This document shows positions 11,974-25,495 of a stretch of 64,000 nucleotides of DNA, in pieces. Position 1 is the first letter of the stretch; the number at the start of each line of letters is the position of its first letter. The stretch comes from Mobula hypostoma. Taxonomy: Eukaryota. Where the stretch lies: NCBI RefSeq assembly GCF_963921235.1, contig NC_086109.1, positions 2,728,001-2,792,000 on the forward strand. The letters run 5' to 3'. The notes under the pieces were generated by a model that was not told the DNA's origin, made no database searches, and worked only from the letters and a program-made list of their open reading frames with translations. A program made the translations under genes and the position numbers.

Positions 11974-12539
11974 CTCACAGGTTAATCCAACTCTCACATT
12001 CCCCCTCTAAAATCACTCACAGCAAGGGTCCTGTATCATAGACCAGATCTCCACAAATATTAGTCCAATTCTGTCAAAAAGAAAACTCTCAGTAAACCCC
12101 CTTCCCCAGCATATGTGCCATGGATTGTATTTCCACTGATTTTAATCCAGCTCCCTCACACTGGCCCTCAGTAACCCCTCTCCTCAAGCTCAGCCTCCAC
12201 CTCCCTGAACACTCAGTGCCTCAGCTATCCAAAATAATCCTTCCCTCCAATCTAATCACTCCCTCCCTCCAGCAACAGAGCACAGTTGATTCAGTGTGGA
12301 CCTTCTGCAAAATGTACTGCAGTTCCTCACCCAGGCTGTGCTGGCAAATATGAGCAGAGGCCTGAGTATAAAATACAAAAAATGAAGGTTGCCGATAAAG
12401 TAAATGGTTCTCTACAGTATCCTCTCAAACACTGTCAGAGTGCAGAATAGATACAAACTGAAGCTGCTCTGTGCTGTCCCATCTCACACTCCTGGGACGG
12501 GGAGATAACTAAATCCCAGCTTCTTCCTCTGACACTCAC

Positions 12540-12824
12540 GACGTGTGTCCAGATTACAGACGTCCCCCAGCCGGACCTGTGCGGTGTCCTCACTGATGGA
12601 GTTGCTGGCCTCACACCTGTACACATCATCCTCGATCTCTGCTGTGCAATCAACCTGTATCGTCTTTCCATCTTTCCAGAAGTGATGGCTGCTGTTGTCT
12701 CCTGTGACTTCTCCTCTCCACCAACTGAAGCCGGCAGGGTTGCCAGAGGTCACGGAACAGGTCAGGGTGAGGTTACAAGTCCCAGTGATGTTCTGAACTG
12801 TGATGTTTACTCCTGACATGGGCT
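12540..12824 (-). CDS. Gene A Ig C2-set exon, CD2/SLAM type (EPMSGVNITVQNITGTCNLTLTC...YRCEASNSIS...VCNLDTR)
   Basis: AG acceptor at 12826-12825 and GTGAGT donor at 12539; 285 nt; phase 1-1; CxxxxxC, W, YxC-x-A-x-N and a C-terminal C as in SLAM-family C2 domains. Confidence 0.9.
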
Positions 12825-14240
12825 CTGAGGGTGTGAGGGAGAGATGAAAGATGAATAAAGGAGAACCTTGTGGACACCTCGATCCCCAACTCCCCATCCC
12901 ATCCCCAACACTCCAGAGTGAATTTCAAGCCAATCCCACCTCATTTTCACCCAACGGTTTAACCCTTCCCTCACCAGTCACTTGCTGCTGGAGGATGTTC
13001 CCACGTGCACTACCCACATTAATCTACAAACTCTCCTCTATGTCCTCTTTATAGCGCTCTATTCCAGGAATTCTCTCCATTTCCATGTTGTTAGTTCTTC
13101 CTCTGTGCGGTCCCAGCACACAGGGAGAGAGGGTTTCTCAGACAAACATTGCTGAGTGAGATTATTGTGAATGTGATATTACTGTTTGAGTGAGTCAGGA
13201 ACCATATTGCTGTGTGTGAGTGTACTGTTGTGTCCGTGTCCTGTGTCACTCACTGGGACACTATATTCAGTGTAATGAATACACAGGGTCTCACTCAGCA
13301 CAGCACAGCATGAAGGCTGAGGAATAAACACCTTGCTGAGCTCAGACCTCAGTCTGGGCAATTAACCAACAGTGATACCCTCACTGTGTGTGTGCAGGGG
13401 TCAGGAGGTCAACTGAACGGACTCACAGTGACGACCACTCAGCCGGAATTGTCACTGGATCTGGGTCCCCCAAGCTCTCCTAAAGAGCTGGTTCAGCGCA
13501 ACTTGAGCCATCTCTGGGAAATGTCCCACAGGCTGCACCTCCCGTCCCCAGGGGGGTTCCTTCCACCGGCTGCTCCTGTACACTCTGCACTGTCCGACCC
13601 TCACCTGTTGCCTGGATCTCCAATGTCAGGTGGTGAGGGTGGAATCCCAGTTAGAGTCTGTCTGTGAGGACTCTGCCACTCCTCATAAGACCTTGGAGCA
13701 AAGAGGGTGAACAGTCCAATGCTACAGTTTCTGTTGTCTGAGAGGGTCAGAATTCCCTGTTTAGATGGATAGAGGTGTCTAGTGAGCTGCTGTCAGCAGC
13801 CTGTGCCCCACCAGGGGTGATTGGCTTCAGAAGGGTGTAAGAGAATCTAGCTGGATGTGGTAGTGGAGATGGTGTCTAGCCCGACCTACCGGACCAGGCT
13901 TCCTGTTCAATAGTTCACGTCTATACATTGTCGTCAATATCCTTTTGTCTATGTTCTCCCTGTTCCAACTGCTCCAAATCAGCCATTGACCAGATAATCT
14001 TGTAGCCAGCTTATCCCCACGGCACCCTGTCAGAGACACCTCCACATCCGCTTTCCCTATAGTTTTTACTTCTCCACAGTTCTAATGAAGAGTCTTTGAC
14101 CTGAAAAGTTGGCTGTTTTCTCATTCCACAAATGTGTCCTGAACTGCTGACTGCTTCCCTCTCCTGTATCATACGATGGAGACGGAGAGATTTAAAAAAA
14201 TGGATCAGAGTGTGTTTGGGGCTGCTTCTCTGGTTCTCAC

Positions 14241-14290
14241 CCATTTCCCAGCCACGTGCGGCTGTACAGTGAAGAAAGTGCTAAATACTC
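14241..14290 (-). other. Candidate start-codon exon ending ATG G|gtgaga; 5' boundary unknown
   Basis: ATG at 14244-14242 followed by a phase-1 consensus donor. Joined to the acceptor at 46164 of gene B it gives MGLIPLPITDLTYGLSCLVSSAG, a plausible signal peptide. No transcript evidence. Confidence 0.3.
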
Positions 14291-14679
14291 CTGCTCGTGG
14301 GACCACACGGATCTTTAGTACTCGGCCAGGTACGCCGTCTGGACCAGACACGTTAATGTAGGATGAGTGTAAACAGGTGGTCGATGGTTAGCATAGACTC
14401 GGTGGGTTGAAGGTACGAGTTCCCTGCAGTATCTCTCTCTGTCTCACTGCGGATGGCTTCTCCACACTGAGATGCTGGTCACTGAATCCACTGCAGGGCT
14501 GTGCCTGGATCACACTCAATAGTCACTTTATTCAATACAACCCGACGCCTGCCCGTTAACAAATACCAAATCAGCCATCATGTGGCAGCAACTCAGTGCT
14601 GATCTGCTGGGATTTTCACACACATCAAACTCTAGATACGACAGATAATGGTGATTGAAACTAAAAAAATCCATTGAGC

Positions 14680-14906
14680 TGCATTTCTTTGTGCAGACGT
14701 GCCTTGTTTATAAGAGAGGCTGGAGGGGAATAGCCAGAGTGGTTCAAGCTGACAGGAAGGTGACAGAAACTCAAATAACCACACGTTACAACAGTGCTGT
14801 GGAGAAGAAAATCTCTGATGCACAACACCTTGAACCTTGAAGTGGATGGGCGACAGCAGCAGAAGACCATGAACATACCCTTAGTGGCCACTTTATAAGA
14901 TACAGG
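14680..14906. mobile_element. Tc1/mariner-like remnant (duplicate ~46550-46780)
   Basis: Terminal-like motif catacccttagtggccactttataagatacagg preceded by gatgggcgacagcagcagaagacc. Confidence 0.55.
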
Positions 14907-15480
14907 ATGCTATCAATAAATGGCCGCAGAGTGTAAAATCTCCCCAGACACTAAGCAACCGGGGTTACATTCGCAAACATGATCACAAACGTCTTAATCT
15001 TTGTATTATTACCCAACCCACAAACACATCCTAACGCGGTTAATAGGATCAGGGAGGAATGACTCGGAGCCTGGTGTGGCTTTCAGTTCCTGTGACACTG
15101 ACATTAGTACTGGAGAAGGAGAGCACAGTTCCACTGGGACAGACTGTGATCAGAATTCCACTGAATCCAATCACGAGGGAGGTAGACTGAGTTTAAATTC
15201 CATAAAGCTGTGTTGGGAGGAGGACCCCAATGCTGGGAAATCTGGAAGGTTGAAGAGGAGCAACAAGGAAGGGGACAGGGGTCTCGATAACCAGGAGGAG
15301 TACAAACTGAATTTGTCTAAATCTAAACAAACTACTGAAGATCATATGTGTGAGTTCACTCTGCAGGAAAGTGATCATGATGCTTTTGTCATGGTGTCAG
15401 AACAACATAGACCTCAACATAATCAAGACAGAAGATCTAGTTGTTGACCCAAGGAGGAGTGTGTGTGTATACAACCCTGT

Positions 15481-18296
15481 CCTGAGAGCTTGGATACATA
15501 CATGGAATTATGATGTAGTGGCCATTACAGAGACTTGGCTGGCACCAGGGCAGGAATGGATTCTCAATATTCTTGGATTTCAGTGCTTTAAAAGGGATAG
15601 AGGGCGGAACAAGGGGAGGAGGGGTGGCATTACTGGTCAGGGATACTATTACAGCTACAGAAAGGGTGGGTAATGTAGCAGGATCCTCTTTTGAATCAAT
15701 ATGGGTGGAAGTCAGGAACAGGAAGGGAGCAGTTACTTTATTGGGGGTATTCTATAGGCCCCCTGGTAGCAGCAGAGATACAGAGGAGCAGATTGGGAGG
15801 CAGATTTTGGAAAGGTGCAAAAATAACAGGGTTGTTATCAAGGGTGACTTTAACTTCCCTAATATTGATTGGCACCTGATTAGTTCCAAGGGTTTAGATG
15901 GGGCAGAGTTTGATACGTGTGTCCAGGACGGATTCCTGTCACAGTATGCGGACAGGCCGACCAGGGGGAATGCCATACTAGATCTAGTACTAGGTAATGA
16001 ACCGGGTCAGGTCACAGATCTCTCAGTGGGTGAGCATCTGGGGGACAGTGACCACCGCTTCCTGGCCTTTAGCATTATCATGGAAAAGGATAGAATCAGA
16101 GAGGACAGGAAAATTTTTAATTAGGGAAGGGCAAATTATGAGGCTATGAGGCTATAAGGCTAGAACTTGCAGGTGTGAATTGAGATGATGTTTTTGCAGG
16201 GAATTTTACTATGGACATGTGGTCGATGTTTAGAGATCTCTTGCGGGATGTTAGGGATAAATTTGTCCCGGTGAGGAAGATAAAGAATGGTAGGGTGAAG
16301 GAACCATGGGTGACAAGTGAGGTGGAAAATCTAGTCAGGTGGAAGAAGGCAGCATACATGAGGTTTAGGAAGCAAGGATCAGATGGGTCTATTGAGGAAT
16401 ATAGGGAAGCAAGAAAGGAGCTTAAGAAGGGGCTGAGAAGAGCAAGAAGGGGGCATGAGAAGGCCTTGGCGAGTAGGGTAAAGGAAAACCCCAAGGCATT
16501 CTTCAATTATGTGAAGAAAAAAAGGATGACAGGAGTGAAGGTAGGACCGATTAGAGATAAAGGTGGGAAGATGTGCCTGGATGCTGTGGAAGTGAGCGAG
16601 GTCCTCAATGAATACTTCTCTTCGGTATTCACCAATGAGAGGGAACTTGATGATGGTGAGGACAATATGAGTGAGGTTGATGTTCTGGAGCATGTTGATA
16701 TTAAGGGAGAGGAGGTGTTGGAGTTGTTAAAATACATTAGGACAGATAAGTCCCCGGGGCCTGACAGGATATTCCCCAGGCTGCTCTATGAGGCGAGAGA
16801 AGAGATTGCTGAGCCTCTGGCTAGGATCTTTATGTCCTCGTTGTCCACGGGAAAGGTACCGGAGGATTGGAGGGAGGCGAATGTTGTCCGCTTATTCAAA
16901 AAAGGTAGTAGGGATAGTCCGGGTAAAAGTAGACCAGTGAGCCTTACGTCAGTGGTGGGAAAGCTGTTTGAAAAGATTCTTAGAGATAGGATCCATAGAC
17001 ATTTAGAGAATCATGGTCTGATCAGGGACAGTCAGCATGGCTTTGTGAAGGGCAGATCATGTCTAACAAGCCTGATAGAGTTCTTTGAGGAGGTGACCAG
17101 GCATATAGATGTGGGTAGTGCAGTGGATGTGATCTATATGGATTTTAGTAAGGCATTTGACAAGGTTCCACACGGTAGGCTTATTCAGAAAGTTAGAAGG
17201 CATGGGATCCAGGGAAGTTTGGTCAGGTGGATTCAGAATTGGCTTGTCTGCAGAAGGCAGAAGGTGGTGGTGGTGGGAGTATATTCGGATTGGAGGATTG
17301 TGACTCATGATGTCCCACAAGGATCTGTTCTGGGACTTCTACTTTTCGTGATTTTTATTAACGACTTGGATGTGGGGGTAGAAGGGTTGGTTGGCAAGTT
17401 TGCAGACGACACAAAGGTTGGTGGTGTTGTAGATAGTGTAGAGGATGGTCAAAGATTACAGAGAGATATTGACAGGATGCAGAAGTGGGCTGAGAAGTGG
17501 CAGATGGAGTTCAACCCGGAGAAGTGTGAGGTGGTACACTTTGGAATGACAAACTCCAAGGCAGAGTACAAAGTAAATGGCAGGATACTTGGTAGTGTGG
17601 AGGAGCAGAGGGATCTGGTGGTACATGTCCACAGATACCTGAAAGTTGCCTCACAGGTGGATAGTGTGGTTAAGAAAGCTTATGGGGTGTTAGCTTTCAT
17701 AAGCCGAGGGATAGAGTTTAAGAATTGCAATGTAATGATGCAGCTCTATAAAACTCTGGTAAGGCCACACTTGGAGTATTGTGTCCAGTTCTGGTCACCT
17801 CACTATAGGAAGGATATGGAAGAATTGGAAAGGGTACAGAGGAGATTTACCAGGATGCTGCCTGGTTTAGAAAGTATGCATTATGATCAGAGATTAAGGG
17901 AGCTAGGGCTTTACTCTTTGGAGAGAAGGAGGATGAGAGGAGATGTGATAGAGGTGTAAAAGATAATAAGAGGAATAGATAGAGTGGATAGCCAGCGCCT
18001 CTTCCCCAGGGCACCACTGCTCAATACAAGAGGACATGGCTTTAAGGTAAGGGGTGGGAAGTTCAAGGGGGATATTAGAGGAAGGTTTTTCACTCAGAGA
18101 GTGGTTGGTGCTTGGAATGCACTGCCTGAGTCAGTGGTGGAGGCAGATACACTAGTGAAGTTTAAGAGACTACTAGACAGGTATTTGGAGGAATTTAGGG
18201 TGGGGGCTTATATGGGTGGCAGGTTTTGAGGGTCAGCACAACATTGTGGGCCGAAGGGCCTGTACTATGCTGTACTATTCTATGTTCTATGTTCTA
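15481..18296 (+). mobile_element. 5'-truncated CR1 LINE with ORF2 endonuclease and RT
   Basis: EN motifs GDFNFP and LDLVL...DH (15573-16124); RT QHGF, DFSKAFDKVPH, PQGSVLG, FADDTK (16211-17959); (CTATGTT)n tail. Empty site cctgatcaaaacagc at ~47359; no TSD. Confidence 0.95.
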
Positions 18297-19324
18297 AAAC
18301 AGCTACTGTGGAGATGGTTGATAGATTTGAAGCAGACATCTTTATCAACAGCATAGTCTCCTGGTCTCCCCAATTCACACAGTGACCAAGAAAGGACGTC
18401 TACCCAAATTGAATAAAAGTGATCAATACAAAGAGAGATTAACAATCCCCGTGATCCCAAATGAGACACCTGCAACACAAAGTGAAAACCCACTTTGTTC
18501 AAAGACAAACAATTAGACACGAAAAGTTCACAATCGAAGGAACACTACATACCCATGAGGTGACACTGAGAAAATACAATCCACATACAAACTGATAAAA
18601 TCCCTTTCTTCTTTAAAAACAACCCATAGTTCTGACACATACGTCTTACTCAAGTTTCCCATTGTGTGATATGTGTTCTTTCTCTCACTCTCTCACACAC
18701 AGTCAGACACAGAAACACACACAAACAGACAATTGCGCATGCTTACACACATGTGCACACTCACACACGCACAGACGCACACACAAATGTGCACACGTGC
18801 ACACACACAGACACAGATGCTCAGACACACTCACATGCAAACACTCACACTCTCTGCTCTGTTGTTACATTGTGTGATCCGGGTTCACAAACACTTTGCT
18901 GAGCTCGTGTCAACATGACGAGCAGGAGCAGGAAGCGGACGTGCTACCATTGAACCAGACAACATGTTCAAATGATCTGGCTGAAACATTTTCTTGTCAT
19001 TTTCCTTGATCTCCTTAATATCCAGAAATATATCAATGAAAGAAGAATTTCTGGATCACCGGAGAATCCCAATGATTTACCACAGTCTGCCAGCTGGCTT
19101 CGTAATGGCCTGGTATGGGAACACCATGTACTTGAACAGAAAATCCTACAAAATGTAATGAATTCAGTCCAGTACATCATGGATAAAACCTTCCCAGCCA
19201 CTGAAAGCATCTACATGAAACATTGCCATAATCAAAGATCCTCATCACCCAGGCCATGCTCTTTTCTCACTGCTGTCATCAGGTAGAAGGTACAAGAGCC
19301 TCAGGACCTACACCACCAGGTTCA

Positions 19325-20233
19325 TAGTCATAGTCACACTTTATTGATCCCAGTGGAAATTGGATTTTTGTTACAGTTGCTCCATAAATAATAAATAGCA
19401 ATAAAATCATAAATAGTTTTTTAAAAAACCATAAATAGTTCAATATTAATATGTAAATTATGCCAGGAAATAAGTCCAGGACCAGCCTATTGGCTCAGGG
19501 TGTCTGACCCTCCAAGGGAGGAGTTGTAAAGTTTGATGGCCACAGGCAGGAATGACTTCCTATGACGCTCTGTGTTGCATCTCGGTGGAATGAGTCTCTG
19601 GCTGAATGTAATCCTGTGCCCACCCAGTACATTATGTAGTGGATGGGAGACATTGTCCAAGATGGCATGCAACTTGGTCTGCATCCTCTTTTCAGACACC
19701 ACCGTCAGAGAGTCCAGTTCCATCCCCACAACATCACTGGCCTTACGAATGAGTTTGTTGATTCTGTTGGTGTCTGCTACCCTCAGCCTGCTGCCCCAGC
19801 ACACAACAGCAAACATGATCACACTGGCACCACAGACTCGTAGAACATCCTCAGCATCGTCCGGCAGATGTTAAAGGACCTCAGTCTCCTCAGGAAATAG
19901 AGACGGCTCTCACCCTTCTTGCAGACAGCCTCAGTGTTCTTTGACCAGTCCAGTTTATTGTCAATTCGTATCCCCAGGTATTTGTAATCCTCCACCATGT
20001 CCACACTGACCCCCTGGATGGAAACAGGGGTCACCGGTACCTTAGCTCTCCTCAGGTCCACCACCAGCTCCTTAGTCTTTTTCACATTAAGCTGCAGATG
20101 ATTCTGCTCAGACCATGTGACAAAGTTTCCTACTGTAGCCCTGTACTCAGCCTCATCTCCCTTGCTGATGCATCCAACAATGGCAAAGTCATCAGAAAAC
20201 TTCTGAAGATGACAAGACTCTGTGCAGTAGTTG
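19325..20233 (-). mobile_element. 5'-truncated Rex1/Babar-type LINE
   Basis: KTKELVVDLRR...YKYLG...SRLYFLRRLRSFN (19819-20085) and (CTATGA)n tail; empty site aggttcaagaacagg at ~48321. Confidence 0.85.
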
Positions 20234-22093
20234 AACAGGTTATTTATTGATATTTATTTATATTTGCATTTTCACAATTTGTTGTCTATTGATCCTGTTT
20301 ACAGTTACTGTTCTATAGATTTGCTCAGTATGCCCGCAGAGAAAGAATCTCAGGGTTGTATGTGATGACATATATGTACTCTGATAATAAAACTTATTTT
20401 CAACTTCTTGAATAGAGACCTAGTCTATTACCCACACTAGCGACATGTCAGACCCACCACATCAGAAACCAGTCTGGTGAATCTTTGTGACAATTCCCCT
20501 TAAACAGCATTCATTTCTCACCCATTATCACAGATTCCAACATTGTCCCCGCTCCCAGTGTCAGCTGGGGAGATGTGTGGTTCCCAGTTTTCTCTCTCTC
20601 CCTCCTTCTTGAAACAGTCTGTCGGAACCATTCCTGAAACTGTAGAGTTTGCCAGGTGATAACCAGAAAGTTGAGTAACTCTACTGACACCTTGCCACAG
20701 ACTCCGGGATGGAGATCATCAGGCCTGTGTCAATTATCCATTTTCATGATGTTATTTCATCATGGATGCTGATTGATTTTATTTCTACACTTGCATTCAA
20801 CACCTGTCTATCCTGTATTTCTGGCAGGTTTTTGTGTGTTCCACAAAGACACACAAAAAGCCATGGTTACTTCCTCTACTGTTCCTTCATTCCCCATTAC
20901 AAAGACCCATGTCTGTCTGTAAGGGAACTACAGTTGTACCTGCTGCTGTGTTTGTTTCATGTCCTGATTCCGGCTCTCACAATCTGTTCTTAATATCCTT
21001 CAACTTCCATTTTCACTTTCTTCAACGATATATCTGTGACCCTTTGCTGTGTTCGTAATCAATCTCAATCCTCAGGTTTATGACTAATTCTGCAGGTTAA
21101 CACCCATTTCAGGCAATGATATCAGGATTTTATTTATTATTCTCTCTCACAGTTTGTATGCCCATTATTGTGATTTGGGCTATTGACAGATCGACAGTCT
21201 GTCTGCCGAGAGAGAGTGAAAACCAGCACTTGGGACCAAAAACGAAGATGACTGTTAACAATTTCCACTCTCATTCTCCATTCCAGTGTCCCCCACACCC
21301 GCCACTTCTTGCCCCCACCATCCACCATTCCTACAGCGATTCCCCATCAGGATCTTTTCCCATGAAACATCTCCAGACCAGATCCCAGTTCCTGGGTTCT
21401 GAGGGGTCCTAGGTCACATCTACTGATTTCCACATCTCTGCCAATCCTTCCCAATCCTGTGAACAACTGATACCTGTTTCTCAAGCTCCGTTTCCAGAAT
21501 TAGAAACAGAATGGTTCCATGGCTACAGAAAAAACTAATCTTCGGACCCAATACCCACCAGTAACCGAATTTTTCTTGCTCTCCATGTCAAACTCGTATT
21601 TTATGAGAGTGTGACAGGAGAGGCAGCTTCACTGTGCCCATCCTACACTCTCGGTGCCCTGGTAGTGAGGGACCCAGAAATGCCCAAGTCCACATCAACA
21701 GAGAACCTGGAGAGAAGGATGTTAAAGACAAAGACTTGCTCTGAATCAAACTTACAGAGTGAGGCGCAGAGAGTTAGCCAGCAGGAGATCAGCAGATGCC
21801 TGGTGTTCATTGTTCTCACAGAACAGTGTAGACGTTGGTGGGCTGCACAAAGCTTCATCCCCTAGTCAGTACGTTGTGAACAGCAGTCGACAAGAAAGTA
21901 GGTGTTGTGCAAAAGGTGAAATACAGAGGTGTGATCACAAGCAGAAAGCCACAGCGCTCGACGTCATGAGCGGACTGACTGATGTCAGTATTTCACCTCA
22001 CACCAAATAAGAACAATAAAATCAGGAGGATTTTTGACCCCTTGTTCCTGCTCCACAATCAATGAGACTATGACTGATCTTTTATCACATCAC

Positions 22094-25000
22094 AGACAAG
22101 ATCACACAAGGCGGAGCAGAAATAGGCCATTCGGCCCATCGAGTCTGCTCCGCAGCTCCCCATGAGCTAAACTATTCACCCATCTAGTTCCAATTTCCGG
22201 CTTTTTCCCCATATCCCTTGATACCCTGACTAATTAGATACCTGTCAATCTCCTCCTTAAACAGCCTCAATGATCGGGCCTCCACAGCTGTATGTGGCAA
22301 CAAATTCCACAAATCCACGACCCTCTGGCTAAAAAAATTTCTCCTCAAATCTGTTTTATCTGGGTCTCTAATTCTAAGACTATGGCCTCTTGTCCTGGAC
22401 TCACCCACAAAGGGAAATAACCTTTCCACATCTACTCAGTCCAACCCTTTCAACATTCGAAATGTTTCTATGAGATCCCCTCTCATTCTTCTATACTCTA
22501 ATGAATACAATCCAAGAGCCAACAAACGCTCCTCATATGTTAGCTCCTGCATTCCAGGAATCATCCTCGTAAATCTTCTCTGAACTCTCTCCAACATCAG
22601 TATATCCTTTCTAAGATAGGGGGCCCAAAACTGCACACAGTATTCCAAATGAGGTCTCATTGATGCCCCATAGAGCCTCATCAACACCTCCTTACTCTTA
22701 TACACTATTCTTGAAATGAACGCCAACATAGCATTCGCTTTCCTTACCGCTGAACCAACTTGGTGGTTAACCTTTAGGGTATTCTGCATGAGGATCCCCA
22801 AGTCCCTTCCCACTTCTGATTTTTGAATTTTCTCCCCATCTAAATAATAATCTGCCCAATTATTTCTTCTTCTGGAATGTACAACTGTACATTTGTCAAC
22901 GTTGTATCTCATCTGCCATTTCTTTACCCACTCTCCTAAACTGACTAAGTCTCTCTGCAACCTTTCCGTATCTTCAACATTTCCTGCTCCTCCACCTATC
23001 TTGGTGTTGTCCGCAAATTTAGCCACAGAACCATTTAATCCATAATCCAAATCATCGATATACATCGTAAAAAGAAGCGGCCCCAACAACGACCCCTGCG
23101 GAACACCACTAGTAACCGGCAACCAATCAGAATAAGATCCCTTTATTCCCACCCTTTGCTTTCTGCCTATCAGCCAATGCTGCACCCATTTCAATATCTT
23201 TCCTATAATTCCGTGGGCTCTCATCTTATTAAGCAGCCTCATATGCGGCACCTTATCGAAGGCCTTTTGAAAATCCAAATACACAACATCCACAGCCTCT
23301 CCCTTGTCAATCTTATTCGAAATTACCTCAAAAAATTCCAATAGGTTGGTGAGACAGGATCTTCCCTTCATGAAACCATGCTGGCTTCGGCCTATCTTAT
23401 CATGCACCTCGAGGTATTTCATAAACTCGTCCTTGAGGATTGACTCCAATATCTTTCCAACTACCGATGTCAGACTAATAGGTCTGTAATTTTCTTTTTG
23501 CTGCCTCGTTCCTTTCTTAAATAATGGAACTACATTTGCAACCTTCCAGTCCTCCGGAACCATGCCAGAGTCTATTGATTCCTGGAAGATCATTTCCAAT
23601 GCTTCCACAATCTCCAAAGCCACCTCCTTCAGAACCCTTGGGTGCACCTCATCCGGGCCGGGAGACTTATCTATTCTTAGTCCACTTAGCTTCCCAAGCA
23701 CTTTCTCTCTAGTAATCTTGACTGTACCTAATTCTATTCCCTGATACCTCTGGCTATCAGGTATATTGCTCATGTCTTCCACTGTGAAGACTGATGCAAA
23801 ATACTCATTCAGTTCCTCCGCCATCTCTTTGTTATACATTATAATTTCTCCAGCATCATTTTCAGTCGGTCCCTTATCTACCCTTGTCACTCTTTTACTC
23901 TTCATATATTTAAAAAAACTCCTAGTATCCTTTTTTATGTTAATCGCCAACTTCCTTTCATCTTTTCTTTCCTAATGACTTTCTTAATTTCCTTCTGTAA
24001 GTTTTTAAAGGTCTTCCAGTCCTCATTTTCCCCACTAATTTTTGCTTCCTTGTACGCTGTTTCTTTTGCTTTTATTTTTGCCTTAACCTCTCTCGTTAGC
24101 CACATTTGTGCCATTTTTCCATTCATGATTTTCTTTTTTCTTGGAATATATTTTTCCTGCATTTTCCTTATTTCTTGTAGGAATTTCATCCAATTCTGCT
24201 CTACAGTCCCTCCATTTAGCATACTTTTCCAATCAACGTGGGCCAGTTCCTCTCTCATACCACTGTAATTTCCCCTGTTCCACTGAAATATCGACACACC
24301 TGATACCAGCTTCTCCTTTTCAAATTTGAAACTGAACTCAATCATATTATGATCACTACTTCCAAGGGGTTCCTTTACCTCCAGCTCCCTAATCGCCTTA
24401 GGTTCATTACACAGCACCCAATCCAAAACAGCCGGTCTCCTGGTGGGCTTCTGGACAAGTTGCTCCAAAAAGCCATCCTGTAGGCATTCTACAAACTCCC
24501 TCTCCTGAGATCCATTACCTTCCCAACTTTCCCAATCCACTTTCATATTAAAATCCCCCATAATTATCTTGACATTGTCCTTCTGACACACTTTTTCTAT
24601 TTCCATCTGCAACTTGTAGTCCACAACCCGGCTGCTGTTTGGAGGCCTGTATATAACTGCTATTAGTGTCTTTTTACCCTTGCCATTTCTTAATTCTACC
24701 CATAAGGATTCTACCTCTTCTGATCCTATGTCCCTTCTTTCTATTAATTTGATATCGTTACTTACCATCAGTCCACGCCACCCCCTTTACCTACCTTCCT
24801 ATCTTTCCTATACACTGTGTATCCTTGGATATTCAGCTCCCAATCACATCCATCATTTAGCCATGACTCGGTGATGGCCACAATGTCATATCTTTTAACC
24901 TGCAGCTGTGCAGCAAGGTCATCCACTTTATTTCTAATGCTGCGTGCATTTAAGTACAGTACATTTAGATTAGTATCTGTTGTCGATTTTGCTATATTTC

Positions 25001-25495
25001 TATTTTGCAGCAAATTATCCTGTATATTCACCGGCCTGTCCTTCTTGCGATCTTTGCTGCACAGTATTTTTGACTTATTTCTATTTTCCTCTTCCTCGAC
25101 CCTAACACCTTGGTTTCCTTCCCCTTGCCAACTTAGTTTAAACCCTCCCTAATAGCTATTTTAAAAAATCCCGCCAGGATATTAGTACCTTTTGGGTTCA
25201 GGTGTAATCCATCTTTTGTGTACAAGTCACACCTTCCCCAAAAAAGATCCCAATGATTCAAGAATTTGAAACCCTGCCCCCTGTGCCAGTCACCTAGCCA
25301 CACATTCATCTGCTTAATTCTGCTATTCTTACCATCATTAGCGCGCAGCTCAGGCTGCAATCCTGATATTATTACTCTGGAGGTCTGGCTTTTCAATTTT
25401 CTTCCTAGCTCCCAGTAATCTTTCTTTAGGACCTCCTCTCTTTTTCTGTCTATGTCATTGGTACCAATATGTACCAAGACTTCCGGCTGCTCGCC
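22094..25495 (-). mobile_element. CR1 LINE (second family), truncated in ORF1, with frameshifted ORF2
   Basis: ORF1 esterase VHIGTND...HLNPKG (25133-25500); EN LNARS, GDFN, SDH (23935-25031); RT 22436-23950; putative 8-bp TSD cacatcac/cacattac (22086-22093, 25496-25503). Confidence 0.9.

Noticed and set aside
15001-15447. 148-aa S/E/D-rich ORF also open at 46876-47322
   Set aside because: It starts at a non-ATG codon, substitutions are mostly nonsynonymous, and its 3' part is a LINE remnant read in another frame.
16379-16737. Antisense ORFs over LINE ORF2 (also 23156-23975, 30365-30820, 33773-34332)
   Set aside because: These are shadow ORFs of TE coding strands.
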